From Octopus vulgaris (Eukaryota), in the NCBI GenBank assembly GCA_951406725.2, contig OX597825.1, positions 30,442,001 through 30,506,000 of the forward strand: a stretch of DNA of 64,000 nt, given 5' to 3'. The notes under the pieces were generated by a model. That model made no database searches, was not told where the DNA came from, and saw only the letters and a list, made by a program, of their open reading frames with translations. Made by a program: the position numbers and the translations under genes. Below are positions 13,191 through 27,230 of the stretch, one piece after another (the first letter of the stretch is position 1; each line of letters starts with the position of its first letter).

Positions 13191-13791
13191 TTGCATGCAC
13201 ACACACACACACATACATACATGCACGTGTGTGCACGTGCGCACGCACACACACACACAGATACATGCACAAATGGTTTTTTCCTCCTCTCAGTCCCTAA
13301 CATTCTTGAAGCTGGTTACTCCCTTTCCAACACCCCTCTGAAAGGGAACACTGGGTCATGGCAGGACTGAAGTCCAATAATTTTTGAGGGGAAGTGCATC
13401 TCAGTTTCATCGTCCTTATCACCATTACACCCCTTGTGGAGGTGCATGATTTAGTGGTTAGGTTGTTTGACCCATGATCGTAAGATTGTGGTTTCGATTC
13501 CTAGACCAGTCGACACATTGTATTCATCTAACCCAAGCTAGCATAAAAACATGGACATAAGACAAACAATATATCTATTTGTAATGCATCACCATATAAA
13601 CACAGAAACAAATGCATCAAATGAAGATACAGCATATTACAAAAGGCAATCTTTATATCCAAATTAACATGGATGTTTTGTTTGAACACTGAAGATTGTG
13701 GTATTAGACTTTAGAGGTCCTCTCATACAGACGCATGGTGCATAAAAGCACAGACATATACCATGAATCATTTTTTATGGGTGTTTGGACA

Positions 13792-13833
13792 GCCAGATCA
13801 TATGATTTCAGTTTGCTGAACTCCCTCAATGGC
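13792..13833 (-). ncRNA. Decayed type I hammerhead motif between direct repeats
   Basis: RC gcca-TTGAGGG-agtt(cagca)aact-GAAA-tcatatga-TC-tggc; all three stems pair, two core substitutions. Confidence 0.5.
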
Positions 13834-14059
13834 AGGCATCCACTGACTGTATACAGACCAGATCTCACTGCCATAATATATAGAATTACAGTGTTTCTAC
13901 AGTCACTCATGTTGCAAATAGCTAGCAGGCTTATCAAAACATAATTATTAGTGACAGAAGCAGGATTAGTACAAAAGGCAATCTTTATATCCAGCTTAAT
14001 GTGGATACCTGGTTAGAACACCAAATGTTGCAGCATTAGTTACACTCAGTAATATGTTA

Positions 14060-14422
14060 TCTCTATATATATAAACGGCAAAATGTCTGTGTGTGTGTCC
14101 TTTATACAAATCCACAATTTTTTAGTTAGAGGGCTCGCACTTTTAAGGTCATTCAAAACCGTCCAAAGGTGGTCGTGCACATCTTTACATTTCCCCAGTC
14201 GCCCCGCAAAGCTATTAAAAAATCAATAGAAGTGACTGTTTTGTGAATTTTCTATCCAAAACCCAATGAAAATGCCCGAAACTTGACATGCCAATTGAAT
14301 GCCACCTAGCTGTATGTGATTGGTCAGAGATTTGGACAGTACTCGCGTGTATGTGCGCATGCACGCAGCTGTATATGCATGCACTAGCACTATGACCAGG
14401 CAACGCCGGGTCATAGTGCTAG
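14060..14422 (+). mobile_element. Non-autonomous Helitron with both ends
   Basis: 5' a|TCtctatatat, 3' hairpin actagcactatgacc..ggtcatagtgCTAG|t; A/T insertion site, no TSD. Confidence 0.85.
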
Positions 14423-14497
14423 TCTCAAATATAAAGACATACGCACTAAGATCTGTTGTTGTTGTTGTTGTTATTGCTGCTGCTGCTGTTGTTGTTG

Positions 14498-14692
14498 TTA
14501 AGCAACAAGACGAGTAAGGGTGATTAGATGATGGTCTAGGGCTTCGGGGTGGGAGACCCCAGACCTTGGAAAAAAAAAAACTTTGGTCATCTTGTTGTAG
14601 TCGAGGGCTCTTCGTTGACACCTGACACCACTGGGAGGTGGCCCTCGAAGTCGTTGGAAATGGAGATCTCCAGGTCCAAATTCTTGAACGGC
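14498..14692 (-). mobile_element. Probable 3' end of an REL-type non-LTR element inserted in (CAA)n
   Basis: GC-rich block flanked by (ttg)n; residual SGVRCQRRAL resembles the REL C-terminal GTARILRRVL. Confidence 0.45.
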
Positions 14693-15349
14693 TGCTGCTG
14701 CTATTGTTGTTGTTGTTGTTGAGTCCAGCCATGTATTATTATAACATGTTCTACAGAGGAACTTCTGATCAAGCAAACGTACAATCAGAAGATTTCTATC
14801 GATGACCAACTTGTCTTTTTCAAACAGTTGATCTCAGACTCCTTTGCCAAATATACCTTTCATTTTTGTTTAAATGCAGTAGAGTGTCATGCCACTCAAA
14901 GAGATATTTTTTCGACTGCTCTGCTATTTTCTAGTAATATGACTGAAAACATTTAAGGCCTTTTGTCAATTTCTGATACTCAATATCACTTCAGGTTCCG
15001 TAAAATTTCAAACATTCAAACAATACTTTTTTAAACGGAAAACATTGAACGGGTGTTCCCACCTCAACCTTCAATATATAAAAATAATAAAAATAGCAAT
15101 AACAGCAACAAAAAAATAATAATAATAATAATAACAATAATAATAATGATGATGATGATATTGATAATAATAATGAAGTGTTAGTATATTAATTTCCTAA
15201 GTGCAATATATGAAGTAGATGTTGTCTTCCACTTTATTGATAACAGCATTTTAATAAATATTTTGGTATTGTCATGTAATTCCATTTAGATCATGATATA
15301 CATAATTTCTGCTTATTTTTCATCTTTCTCTCTCATATTAATGTCCTAG

Positions 15350-15461
15350 GAATATGTGACGTGTGTGTGTATCTGTTTGGGTGTGTACATCATATATGTG
15401 TGGGTGTTTGTGTGTGTGTGTAAATATGCATATATACTTATATATATGTACATATATATAA

Positions 15462-15508
<47 letters not shown>

Positions 15509-15990
15509 TATATGTATATATATGTATATATATGTATATATATGTATATTCATATATATATAAATATACATATATATATATATATATATATGTACATATG
15601 TATATATATATACATATGTACATATATATATATGTATGTATGTATTATGCATAAGTGTATGCATATGTATGTATATTACATTCATGCATATACACACATG
15701 TAAGTGTGTGCATCTACCCCTATACAACTGTGTGTATACACATATTTATGTACATACATACATATATACATATACACACACACACACACACATATATATA
15801 CACATATATATATATATATATTTATATATGTGTATATACAGGCTCGCATACACTCATGCACACACAAGCTCATGCACACACACATTCACACACACACACA
15901 CATATATATATATACATACAGAGAGGGAGAAAGAGAGAGAAACAGAGAGAGACAGATGCACACACACACACACACAAAACAACCACACAC
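15350..15990. repeat. Degenerate TA/CA microsatellite field
   Basis: Seen directly. Confidence 0.9.
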
Positions 15991-16567
15991 ATGCCTTATG
16001 GCATAATGCTTTGTCATGTGTGAAACTATTAAGCGTAGTTAAAATACAAAAGAAAACTTTGGATGTTAATGGAGTTCCAAAACATACATAAAAAAATTTT
16101 TTTGGTAAATATTTCATACCTAAAAGATAGTTTTGCAGCATTATCTACTGTAAAATAAACATATTGTTAAAATAATTCAACACAGCAGCTAGTGAAGGTG
16201 TATTTTATTTATAACTTGCTATGTTTACCTGGTTTTGGCTTTATAACGACTTCATTAATATATATGGAGCGTTTGTTTTTTTTATTTATATGTGTAGTAT
16301 GTAATATCTGTTGATATTACATACTACATATATATATACTACGTATATATATTTGAGTGTATGTGTATGCTGATGTGTGTGTATTTGTATGTGTGTGAAT
16401 ATGCTGTCTATGCATCTATTTCTTTCCTCCCTTATGGGTGTCTGTGTACACACACAAACACACACACACACACATACATATAATACATACATATATATGT
16501 ATATATATTTTTTTATACATTATAGAAATTTTATACAATGGTATATATACTATGCATACTATATATA

Positions 16568-16598
<31 letters not shown>

Positions 16599-17658
16599 GT
16601 GTATGTGTGTGTGTCTTTATGAGTCAGAGGTTAAGCAACCATCTAAGGGATAATAAATATCCAATATACCACTGGGTGTATATCTATGTAATTATATCCA
16701 AGTGCTTACTATTACAGGGCAATATCACAATTGAATACTAAGTATGAGTGGGGGTAAAACAGAAATTTACCCAGAATTTATATAGATATAGATATTGATA
16801 TAGATATCATTGTCATCATTATCTTCATTTTAACGTCCAGTTTTCCACACGTGCAGGGGCCAAACGAATTTTAGGGAGGCACATTTTCTATGATGAAATA
16901 CCTTTCCTGTCACGAAATTTCATTTGTTATAAAAGAAGGTAACAGTTCCCTATGACATGATACACTTTCATGAAAGATTGGAAATGAATAACACTGCTTG
17001 TTTAACAGTGGCACTTGTTTACAATTATTATATGATACCAGGACAAGGAGGCACCAGCACACACGCACACACACACATGTACACATTCACACATGCTCAT
17101 ACATACACAGGTACAAGCATATGCATGGTCACATGTCTGTCATATTTACAGAAGATGTGGGGTTTTAATCCCTGCCGTACTCTTTCGCCACAACTTTCTC
17201 TTATTCTTTCTTCTGTTGACCTGTTTGAAGGCTAAAACAATGAGAAGTGCATTGTGACCAGCGATGTGTAGCAACATCTGATAGCCTGGTCAGTCACAGT
17301 GATATATATAGTATTAATAAAATAGGAGATGGAATGTGTAATATACTTTATTGGGTACAACACATGTTTGGAGGTGTTCTGGGTCTCTTCAGGAACATCA
17401 ATAAAAGATTTCTTGAGTCAGCTTACATACCACTATATGTCCATCAAATTCTAGAATGAGTAAAATCAGAAAAAAATTATTGGAATAAGTAATCTCAAAT
17501 ATGATCGTGGAAAGCATACATTCTAGTTTAGAACGACATAATCAGCTTTTGCTGTTGTAACTGTTAAGAGAATGAAAAGGAAGTAGAAGTTGAAAGGATG
17601 ATAATACTTAGATGAAAATTTTTTTTTGAGTTTGTGCTTAGATGCATATATACATATA

Positions 17659-17899
<241 letters not shown>

Positions 17900-18284
17900 C
17901 AAAATAAGCAACAAGAATATATGTATATATGCACATTTACACACGTGCTCACATATGCACATCCAAATATATGGGCATATACATACAACCAGATACATGT
18001 GCATGCACACATGTATGGATGAATATATACATATATATGTATAGGAAGTTCCTGCAGTAAATCTACGGATAACAACAGGTAATCGAAGCTTTACTCATCA
18101 TCCATTTATACGTTTTGTACAATTTCTCCATTACATAAATACATATCATATATTTATATTCTGTTTTTTTTTTTTTGCATTTGATATGGCAAGAATCTTA
18201 ATGTAAACTTGTTTGTTGAAACAGATTTTGTTGTATGTCAGGAAGGTCAGTAAGCCAGTATTAAAAACGCATATATGTATATAC

Positions 18285-20003
18285 TAGGGATACATGGTTT
18301 TAATTTTGTTCCTCAAAAACAATTTCCTGAATCATATTTAGATGAGCTTGTATGCTGAAGTAACTAAAGTGAACCCACTTTTGAGCTATCTTTAGAAAAG
18401 TTCACCCATGAATCCATGTTTGCATTCTTATACAAAACTTGCTTGAATATGGACAAGTTTGCATAACAATCTTGGCTTTCAATAAATTTTTAGCATTTAT
18501 AAGACTTCAGTGGTGATGATATTGTTTTGCTGAGTCTGGCTGTTGCCAGCCTCGCCTGGCCCCCATGCTGGTGGCACGTAAAAAGCATCATGGCCGTTTG
18601 CCAGCTCCGTCTGGCATCTGTGCGGGTGGAACGTAAAAAGCACCCACTACACTCACGGAGTGGTTGGCGTTAGGAAGGGCATCCAGCTGTAGAAACACTG
18701 CCAGATCAGACTGAGCCTGATGCAGCCTTCTGGCTTCACAGACCCCAGTTGAACCGTCCAACCCATGCTAGCATGGAAAGCGGATGCTAAATGATGATGA
18801 TGATGATGATGATGATGAAGCAATTGTCATCAAGAATGAAACAAGTGAAATCAAGCTGGCTGATCTGAAGCTGTGAGATGGCAAGGCTGAGACCATTGCA
18901 GAAGGATTGAAAAGCATCTTGGATGAATTTCACTTGTGGGACGCAATCTCAATAATTATTGCTGATTAGATGAGTGTGAATACAGGATGGAAGAGTGGGA
19001 TAGTGGTTAGACTGCAGAGACTGTTCTTGTGCCAGGGCTATGACAAGCCACAATTCATGAGCTGCCAACACCATGTCTTGTACAGAATCCTGCATGTTGT
19101 TATGGATGAGGAGCTAGCAGGCTCAAGCAATTTACCCAACATTGAATATTTTTTGTCAAAGAACTCATGACAAGTTATGAAGAACTCCAAGGCTCCTTCC
19201 AGAATGGAACTCATGTCATTGAAGATCAAGCTGGCTGGAGAGATGATATGAAGTTTCTGTTTCACTTAACTCATGCCTTCAGGTTCTTCCATGAAGATGG
19301 AGACCTACTTTTCATCAAGTTTCGGAAAATTCCGAGCATCAGTAACGTCAGATGGAATTTGCAAGCAATCTTAGTGCTTCTTGCATTTTTGATCATGCCA
19401 CATGTTAGAGAAAGATTGCAGATGGTCTGCCAGTTCATCTCATATGACAGCGGATCACTGGTTTGGTGACCAAATGTATAGAACTGAAGATTATGCAGAG
19501 TTATCGCAAACCTAGGACGGCTTTCAAATGCTTGACAAATCACTGGAAACAAGAGCCACCAAAACAAAACATTAGCAGAAGCAATCAATGCTGTTAGGAA
19601 GCAATTAAGGTCATGCAAGAACTACACGCTACATGCAAGAACAGAGTCAACCTGCCATTGTATTTCATTCTCTCAAATGATTTGCCGCATCTCGTCTACT
19701 GACTAATTTGACTTTATACGACTTACCTTCTTTTCATTGTTCTGGAATGCAGAATACAGTTCTTTTAACATTTATGGATTAAACGTTTAGGATCATTCCC
19801 CCCCCCCCACTTTTTTTTGTTTATTATTCAGCTTTTAACATTTGGAAATCCACCCAAATGCAACCGAGTATAAACATTTCAAAGTTAGTCATGGGTGAAC
19901 TTTTTTGATCAAATGCAAAAAAACATTGATCCTCTTTGTTTCTAACCAAAGCTCATCAGAATATGATACAGGACTATGGAGTTTCAAAAAAGTTGTAACC
20001 CCA
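18285..20003 (+). mobile_element. hAT-superfamily-like (hATm-type) DNA transposon relic with imperfect TIRs, internally deleted transposase and a nested SINE
   Basis: Translation KAETIAEGLKSILDEFHLWDAISIIIAD*MSVNTGWKSG...CQHHVL (DxxxxNTG and CxxH); ends tagggatac / gtaacccca with shared inverted blocks tcctgaatcatat..gatgagctt and aaaagttcacccatga; flanks gtatatac vs atatacac (6/8). Confidence 0.75.
18530..18817 (+). mobile_element. SINE family D nested in the hAT-like element
   Basis: Family D body and (GAT)n tail. Confidence 0.88.
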
Positions 20004-21384
20004 ATATACACATATGCATCTTTACATATGTATGTATATATTTCTTTATTGCCCACAGGGGGCTAAACACAGAGGGGACAAACACAGGGATTAAGTCGAT
20101 TACAAAATGTAGTCCTCATAACAGAATCAGTCAATGATTTGGAGAAGAAATTCCAAATTTACCAACAAAACCTAAAGCCAAGAGGTTTCAAAATAAGATT
20201 CACAGTGACATGAAGGGCATACAGCTGTAGACATTCTGCCTCAACAAGTGCCATCTGATCTATACAAGCATGGGCAAGTAGTTGTGTTGGAGTCGCTACA
20301 AAACACCCAGTAAACTCTGTTGGTTGGTGAACCAGTGCTGACAATGTGGAACAGGGAGGGGATTCTGAAGTTGCCATTGACAAGGTAACCTCACTAGTGC
20401 TGGGGCTGTGACAAATTACACACTAATTGGGTAAAGCAAATAAAGGGAGACATTTGAGAAATGAGGGGCCTGTTTCATTTCGAAAGAGATTTGGCAACCT
20501 TGGTTGTACAGGTGCCATTATAAAAAGCACTCTGTACATTTTGTAAAGTGGTTGGAGCAACCATCTGTAACAGAGATGCCAAAAATTGTATGTACGAGCA
20601 AGCTGTAGTCATCGATCTGTTTACCTGTCTCAGCGGTCAATAACACCGAATAAGAACAGACCTGATAAGCCATGCCATTCATGCTAATATCGAACAAAAA
20701 ATAATGACACTGCAACTGCCAACAATGCTTCTGATGATGATGATGATGATGACTATGATGATGATGTTGACGACTATGAGGATGATGATGATGACGATGA
20801 TAATGACAATAACAAGTATGACGATGCTATTCTATTCAGTCAATTACTTTTCTGTGCATATTATTTATGTTTGAATAAATATGCATAACCAATAACTTGT
20901 ACATTACTTCGTTTCCATGACTTATGCAAAGTTATCTATCTAAAACTGTTCTCATGTGACACCTTATTATATATAAATAAATATATAATCAAGCAAGTGA
21001 AATGTTTCTTATTTTGTATTGAGACAGAACTAAAACATAAAAGATTCTCTGGAAAATATTCTTTTGATATTTCTTGTACAAATGTTATTCATTCGTTTTA
21101 AACAATGGTACCTATAAAATTTTATGCTTCTGTATTTACATGTGCATGTGTATGCACAGGTGTGGCTATGTGAGCATATGTCTGTATGTCTATGTATCTT
21201 TGTATTTATGTGTGAATATGTGTGAATATATGCATGCATAACTGTGTGTTCTGTCAGAATTTTAATAATAAGTAAAATAAGAACGTTACATTACATGCAT
21301 TGTCATTGGCAACGCTTAAAAAAAATTCACCTAACTATACATATACATTTGTATGCATGTATGTATGAATGCATATATGTGTGC

Positions 21385-21522
<138 letters not shown>

Positions 21523-21739
21523 GGAAAATGTTTTAGTATCTTTATCATGAATGAAAGAAAGTGTTTACTTTCTCAGAATTATGCTCCCAGTTACCATCGT
21601 AAAGAGTAATAGACAACTCAAGTCAATGAAAAAAACATTACCAATGACCAAACTTCACGTGATAAAAACAGAACCAGTACTAGAATAAGTAGAAAACTAA
21701 TTGTGGTTATCTTTTAGTCTGTAAAGGTCAGAGATCCAT

Positions 21740-22070
21740 TTTAAAAAAGGACAACACATCACAATAAAAAATAATTTCACCAGTGCAATAAAAACCGTAA
21801 TATATAAAATTACATGCGCAAGATGTGGGGAGCACTACACAGGACAAATTATAAGTATTTAAGATAACGTATTACTCTGCATGGATCATGGATTAAAATA
21901 CGGGAATACAAACAATTAAAAACTTAGTGAACATATAAGCAGATGTGCAGGTGAAAAACAGCCAAATTTTATGACTTTTTCCCCATGTTAATTTAGCAAT
22001 TATGAAACACAACAATAATGCATCAACAAAGAAGCAACTTTCATAAGCAAATACTGACCATATCTAAATA
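21740..22070 (+). mobile_element. Penelope-like element GIY-YIG endonuclease relic
   Basis: Translates VIYKITCARCGEHYTGQ..RITLH..SEHISRC, the Penelope-type VIY-CxxC-YIGQ pattern, frameshifted. Confidence 0.8.
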
Positions 22071-22269
22071 ACTGTGGGGGAGAAGAGGAGACAATTACTA
22101 CCACTCGTACAACAACTTTTATTGAAGCTGCCATTGCTGCTAATAGTTATACTGACATAACCACTGTCACAACTATTACAGCCACTGGCATTGCTATTAA
22201 TAATGGTTTGAAATCTTGTCACAATGCTAGCCATTTCAAAGGAATGGTGTATCATTGATACTCCACAGT

Positions 22270-22500
22270 TTAACATCCGTTTTCCATGCTAGCATGGGTT
22301 GGATGGTTCAACTGGGGTCTGAGAAGCCAGAAGGCTGCACCAGGCCCAGTCTGATCTGGCAGTGTTTCTACAGCTGGATGCCCTTCCTAGTGCCAACCAC
22401 TTCGTGAGTGTAGTGGGTGCTTTTTACGTGCCACCTGCACAGGTGCCAGATGAGGCTGGCAAACGGCCATGATCGGATGGTGCTTTTTACGTGCCACCGC
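22270..22500 (-). mobile_element. SINE family D
   Basis: Reverse complement of the 7570 and 18530 copies. Confidence 0.85.
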
Positions 22501-23339
22501 AATTGGTAATTATTTTATTGACATCAAATGAATGAAAGGCAAAGTTGAGTTTACAAGAATTTAAACTCAGAACATAAAAACTGACAAAATGTCACTGGGC
22601 AATATTCACATCCGTAAGAAAACCATGCATTGTATTCTGTCATAGAGAAAATTCCTCACTGTGCACAGAAAGGTTTAAACCAACTTGGAGCACTCTCTAA
22701 CCAGACTGTTGGATGCATGCAATTTGGAATGGTTATTTCCTGTCCAGCAACAAAGTCCAGAATGGCAGAAGCTATGAGCTAAAAGAAGAAACAGATCTCT
22801 CTTATATTTCCCTCATCATCCAATGACTGGTTGCATTATTCAGTGGCTCATATAAGCAAAATACAGGTTGACAGCACTAAGCAGTAATGTGTGTAAATAC
22901 AAGCATTATCAGATCAAATATGCTTGGAACATATTCAGACCTACACGATGGCCTTTCACTGTTTTTTTTTTTGTCAGGGAGAAAATTTCTCACTGTAGAC
23001 AAATGATGTAAATGTACCAAGTGACTTCACAGTGTCCCATATATCATTATCATCATCATCACTTAATGTCCATTTTCCATCCCAGAGTTGGCCAACCAGG
23101 GAGCAGTCCAGATTCCACAAGTCTGTTTTGGTATGGTTTCTATGGCTGAGTGCCTTTCCTAATGCCAACCACTTTGCAGAGTGTTCTGGGTGCTATTTAC
23201 TTGCTACTGGCACCAGCGCGATTATGCATAAGCGCATTTACACAGCACCGGTGAGAGTGCATTTTACATGCCATCTGCACATGTTCATTTTCCCTAACCA
23301 TATGTGTTTTCATATTTATGTATTTGTATTTGTGTGAAT

Positions 23340-23340
23340 A

Positions 23341-23399
<59 letters not shown>

Positions 23400-23835
23400 T
23401 ATTTAATATCCATTGTTCATGGCTTGGATGGTTTGACCAGGGCTGGCAAGCTGGAAGGCTGCACCAGACTCCAGTCTGATTTGGCATGGTTTTCTATGGC
23501 TGGGTGCCTTTCTTAATGCCAACCACTCCGAGAGTGTAATGGGTGCTTTTACATGCCACTGGCATGGGTGCCATTTGCATGACACCGATATCTGCCATGA
23601 CTGCAATTTTGTTCGGCTTGATGGGTCTTCTTTTCAAGCAAGACATAAAATCTAAGGTTTTGGCTGTTGCCTCCAAGAGGCCCAACACTAGAAAGGAACT
23701 CAGCCACTTTGCCTCCATGAGACCCAACACTCGAATGAAACTCAGCCACTTGCCCAAGATGCCATGCAGTGGGACTGAACCTGGAAACCTTGTGATTGGG
23801 AAGCAAGCTTTTTACTACACAGCCATGCCTGCACC
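23340..23835 (-). mobile_element. SINE with family A head and family D body/(GAT)n tail, internal ~42-bp tandem repeat
   Basis: Head RC at 23750-23835, duplicated gcctcc..cccaacact..aactcagccactt, D-type 3' end. Confidence 0.7.
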
Positions 23836-25547
23836 TTATCATCATCATCATTATTTTAATGCTTACTTATCCATGCTTGCAAGAGTCAGCAAAGAGGAGG
23901 GGTACTTTGGGAAAAAATTTTTTTACAGCTAGGCAACTCCATGTGTCTCTAAGCAAGGTAATGATATCTCAGTTTATCAAATAACGAACAGCAAAGTATA
24001 GTTTCTTGGAGAATTAAAAGCAAACAATATCGTGTTTCCAACTTGTGATCTCACATGAAAGATGAGGAGAAATATGAACTCACTCACACACACACACACA
24101 CACACACCTGCATGCAATATCAGATGCTTTTCTTTCAGTATCTTTGTCTATTTTCTTTGAGCTCTTTTAAAATACCTTTACACAAGACATTATTCTTTTT
24201 GTTGTTATCTTTGTTTATAAACAACAATGTTTGTCTGGTTGATTTAAAAACCATAATCACTCTTTCTTTTCTCAATGAATGTTTTCCAAAATTCACACAC
24301 AATTCCATAATCGTTCAAGAATAATGCATGAAGAAAAAAGTACCAGGTCCAACTTTCCCCTGAGGTAAACAAAGAAGATTTCAGAAAAGAAATAATGAAA
24401 GACTGATTATTATAATGGAATGGTAAACAATTTTCATCTTTTTTTTTGTCTCATAATAATTCTTTTTCTCTTCCTTCATCACTTCATCACTCTCATTCTC
24501 TTTCATAAATTCATACACATACATACATACATACATACATACATACATACTCATCTCTCCTAGACAACACTAACACTGTTTAAAAAGGACATATTGGAAG
24601 AATGTAGCTATTGCTTGGCAGATATAAGCACCAGTCAGCAAACAATTTGTTTACTGAAAGTATAAACAAATCCAGCAACTTTGTCTAGACTCAGAGTTCC
24701 GGCTACTTCTGACTGATGAGACATAATCAGATGAAACACCAGTCTCCCAGGATGTTATGTGTCAATGAACTGAGTTTGTTGAACACGCTGGTATCATAAA
24801 ATAGAGAGGTTATTCTCCTATGACATACACTACAGCAAGCAGAGCATTTTGCATCAGAACCTGCCTAAATGTATTAAGAAGAAATATGCAAATAACTGTG
24901 GGTTTGGTAGACAGAAACTTTTACTCTTAATATTTATGTTCCTCTCTGCTTTCCTTTTTTTTCCAATGTTCTTTATATATTTTCAGACTACATACATATA
25001 TCTTCTTTCCGTCGTTTTCAAACACCAGGATATAATTGCATGAGTCTGTTTCTCTCAGCCTTTATTCGCTGTATACGTTATGCAATGCCTGTATTTTCCT
25101 CTTTCGCTCTTTGTCTGCGATTCATATTTTATATATCTTCATTCATCTTCCTCCTGATCTCTCATTATTCATCATCATCATCACCACACCACCAAAATTG
25201 TCATTATATTCATCATCAACATCATCATCATCATTATCATAACCACAACCACCACCACCACCATCATCATCATCATGATCACGATCATCATCATCATTTT
25301 TACATCTATTTGTCCATTCTTACATGGTGGCAAGATCCTCTCTCTGTACAGTACCATGCCACTTTCCCATGATACCTTGTCATCTGCTCTGTGATGTTCA
25401 GCATCCTGAGATCAACTCTCATAACTTTTTCCTATATATTCCCTCAGTGTTCTCCTTTCACAGGTTCTGTACACCTGAATTGCATTGCTTGACTCTTCTT
25501 TAAACACAGCAGCCATCCACAGTATTGTGTGTGTGTGTGTTTGTGTA

Positions 25548-25850
25548 TCATCATCATCATCATCGTTTAACCTCCGCTTTCCATGCTAGCATGGGTTGGA
25601 CAATTTGACTGAGGACTGGTGAACCAGATGGCTGCATCAGATTCCAATCTCATCTGGCAGTGTTTCTACAGCTAGATGCCCTTCCTAATGCCAACCACTC
25701 CGAGAGTGTAGTGGGTGCTATAACATGCCACCGGCACGAGGGCCAGTCAGGCGGTACTAGCAATGACCACACTCAAATGGTACTTTTTATGTGCCACCTG
25801 CACAGGAGCTAGTCCAGAGGCACTGGCAATGACCTCGCTTGAATGTTTTT
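25548..25850 (-). mobile_element. SINE family D
   Basis: Family motif and (CAT)n tail. Confidence 0.85.
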
Positions 25851-26149
25851 TATATACACACACACACACACACATGCGCGCGTGTGCACACACACACACA
25901 CACACATAGATGCACATCCATACACACATATACATATGCACATATGTACATATGTATTTATGTGTGTGTATGTATGTATACATACACATGCATATTATAA
26001 AACTCTGTACATCTATGAACAATGTCATCAGATTGTATGACATGATTCTACACCATTATGCTTCATCTACAACACACATCAAATCCATCATTCATATCTC
26101 ATTAAAAATTGCCATTCTTATAAACAGCAAACAATAAATTTGACATAAG

Positions 26150-27230
26150 CAAACTTTTGTTCCACTTCAATTTTTACATAATCAGAGCTATATTACTTCC
26201 ATCTTGGCTCTTCCTGGATTATCAGCTGTTACAAAGAGATACTGTTCAGTTTCATGAAATTATCCCAATTGCACTTTCTTTCTTTTACCCTTGAGAGAAC
26301 TAAGAATTTCATTTGTTCATTTTGTATCAAAGGAAGATTTTCCTTCACACAACTACTGTATGAATGTACCACCACATTTGAAATCATACGACAATCTCTA
26401 CTGCAACTGCTGGTATTATTGTTGCTGTCTTTGAAGTAAAGTAACTTATTTGAGTATTTGAGACATTTTCTTCCATTCATCATCATTGTTCGACCGTGGT
26501 TGAGACAATGGAATTTACCATGCTACACCAGACCTCACGGTCCATCATGGCATTACGGAGGTCCTGTTGCTGGATGCCTGTATCCCTGGAGATTACATCA
26601 GGGTAGGAGAGTGTGCGCCCTCTGGTATTGCGAGTAGATGGCTTCCAGAGGAGAAGAGTAGAAATTACTTCTTTTTCAGCTCTACAACAATGTCCAGCAA
26701 ACTGGACTCTCCTACCTTTCACAAGAAATGACACAGGTGGTAGTTTCCCATATATTTGCATTTTGGTTGGATGGCGCTTCCACGAGAGATTTTGAGCTCT
26801 CATAAGGAGGCGAGTGTAGGTTCCATCCAATCGCCTCTCAAGCTTCTTTGATAACGTCCAGGTTTCTGAGCCATATAGTAGAATTGGTTCGACTGTGGCT
26901 TTGAATATTTCAAGTTCTTCCATTAGTTGTTCCCTAAACAAGTCATTTATTCTTCCTCTTACATATTTTCTTGTATGTTTTGATTCTGTGTTGCATTTTG
27001 TTTTGTTTTTTTAGAATTGTAGCATTTTGTCACACAGCATAATTGCATGTTGTAGCCATCTTAGACGGGAATATGCAGAAATATAACTGTAAAAGTTTGT
27101 GAAAAGAAAGACTCACATTTGTGATGTTAGCTCTGGGTATCCAGTGTAGTCCTTCCTTAGGCAATTAGAGTTCTTTTGTAAGTACTCTAATTAAAATTTT
27201 GTTTCATAATAGTTGACTAGATAATGTTTT
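26150..27230 (-). mobile_element. Probable Helitron Rep relic interrupted by an RTE insertion
   Basis: Frameshifted residues (HTVV..ENLP..Q) resemble the Rep H.V..L..HLP..Q block; homologous to 8960-9300. Confidence 0.4.
26478..26914 (-). mobile_element. 5'-truncated RTE LINE with open C-terminal ORF, TGA-repeat tail and 10-bp TSD
   Basis: ORF ..PILLYGSETWTL..RRVQFAGHC..AMMDREVW..; TSD ttcttccatt at 26468-26477 and 26915-26924. Confidence 0.92.

Noticed and set aside
23668-23755. Two ~42-bp direct repeats
   Set aside because: No spacers, eukaryotic context, internal to a SINE; not CRISPR.
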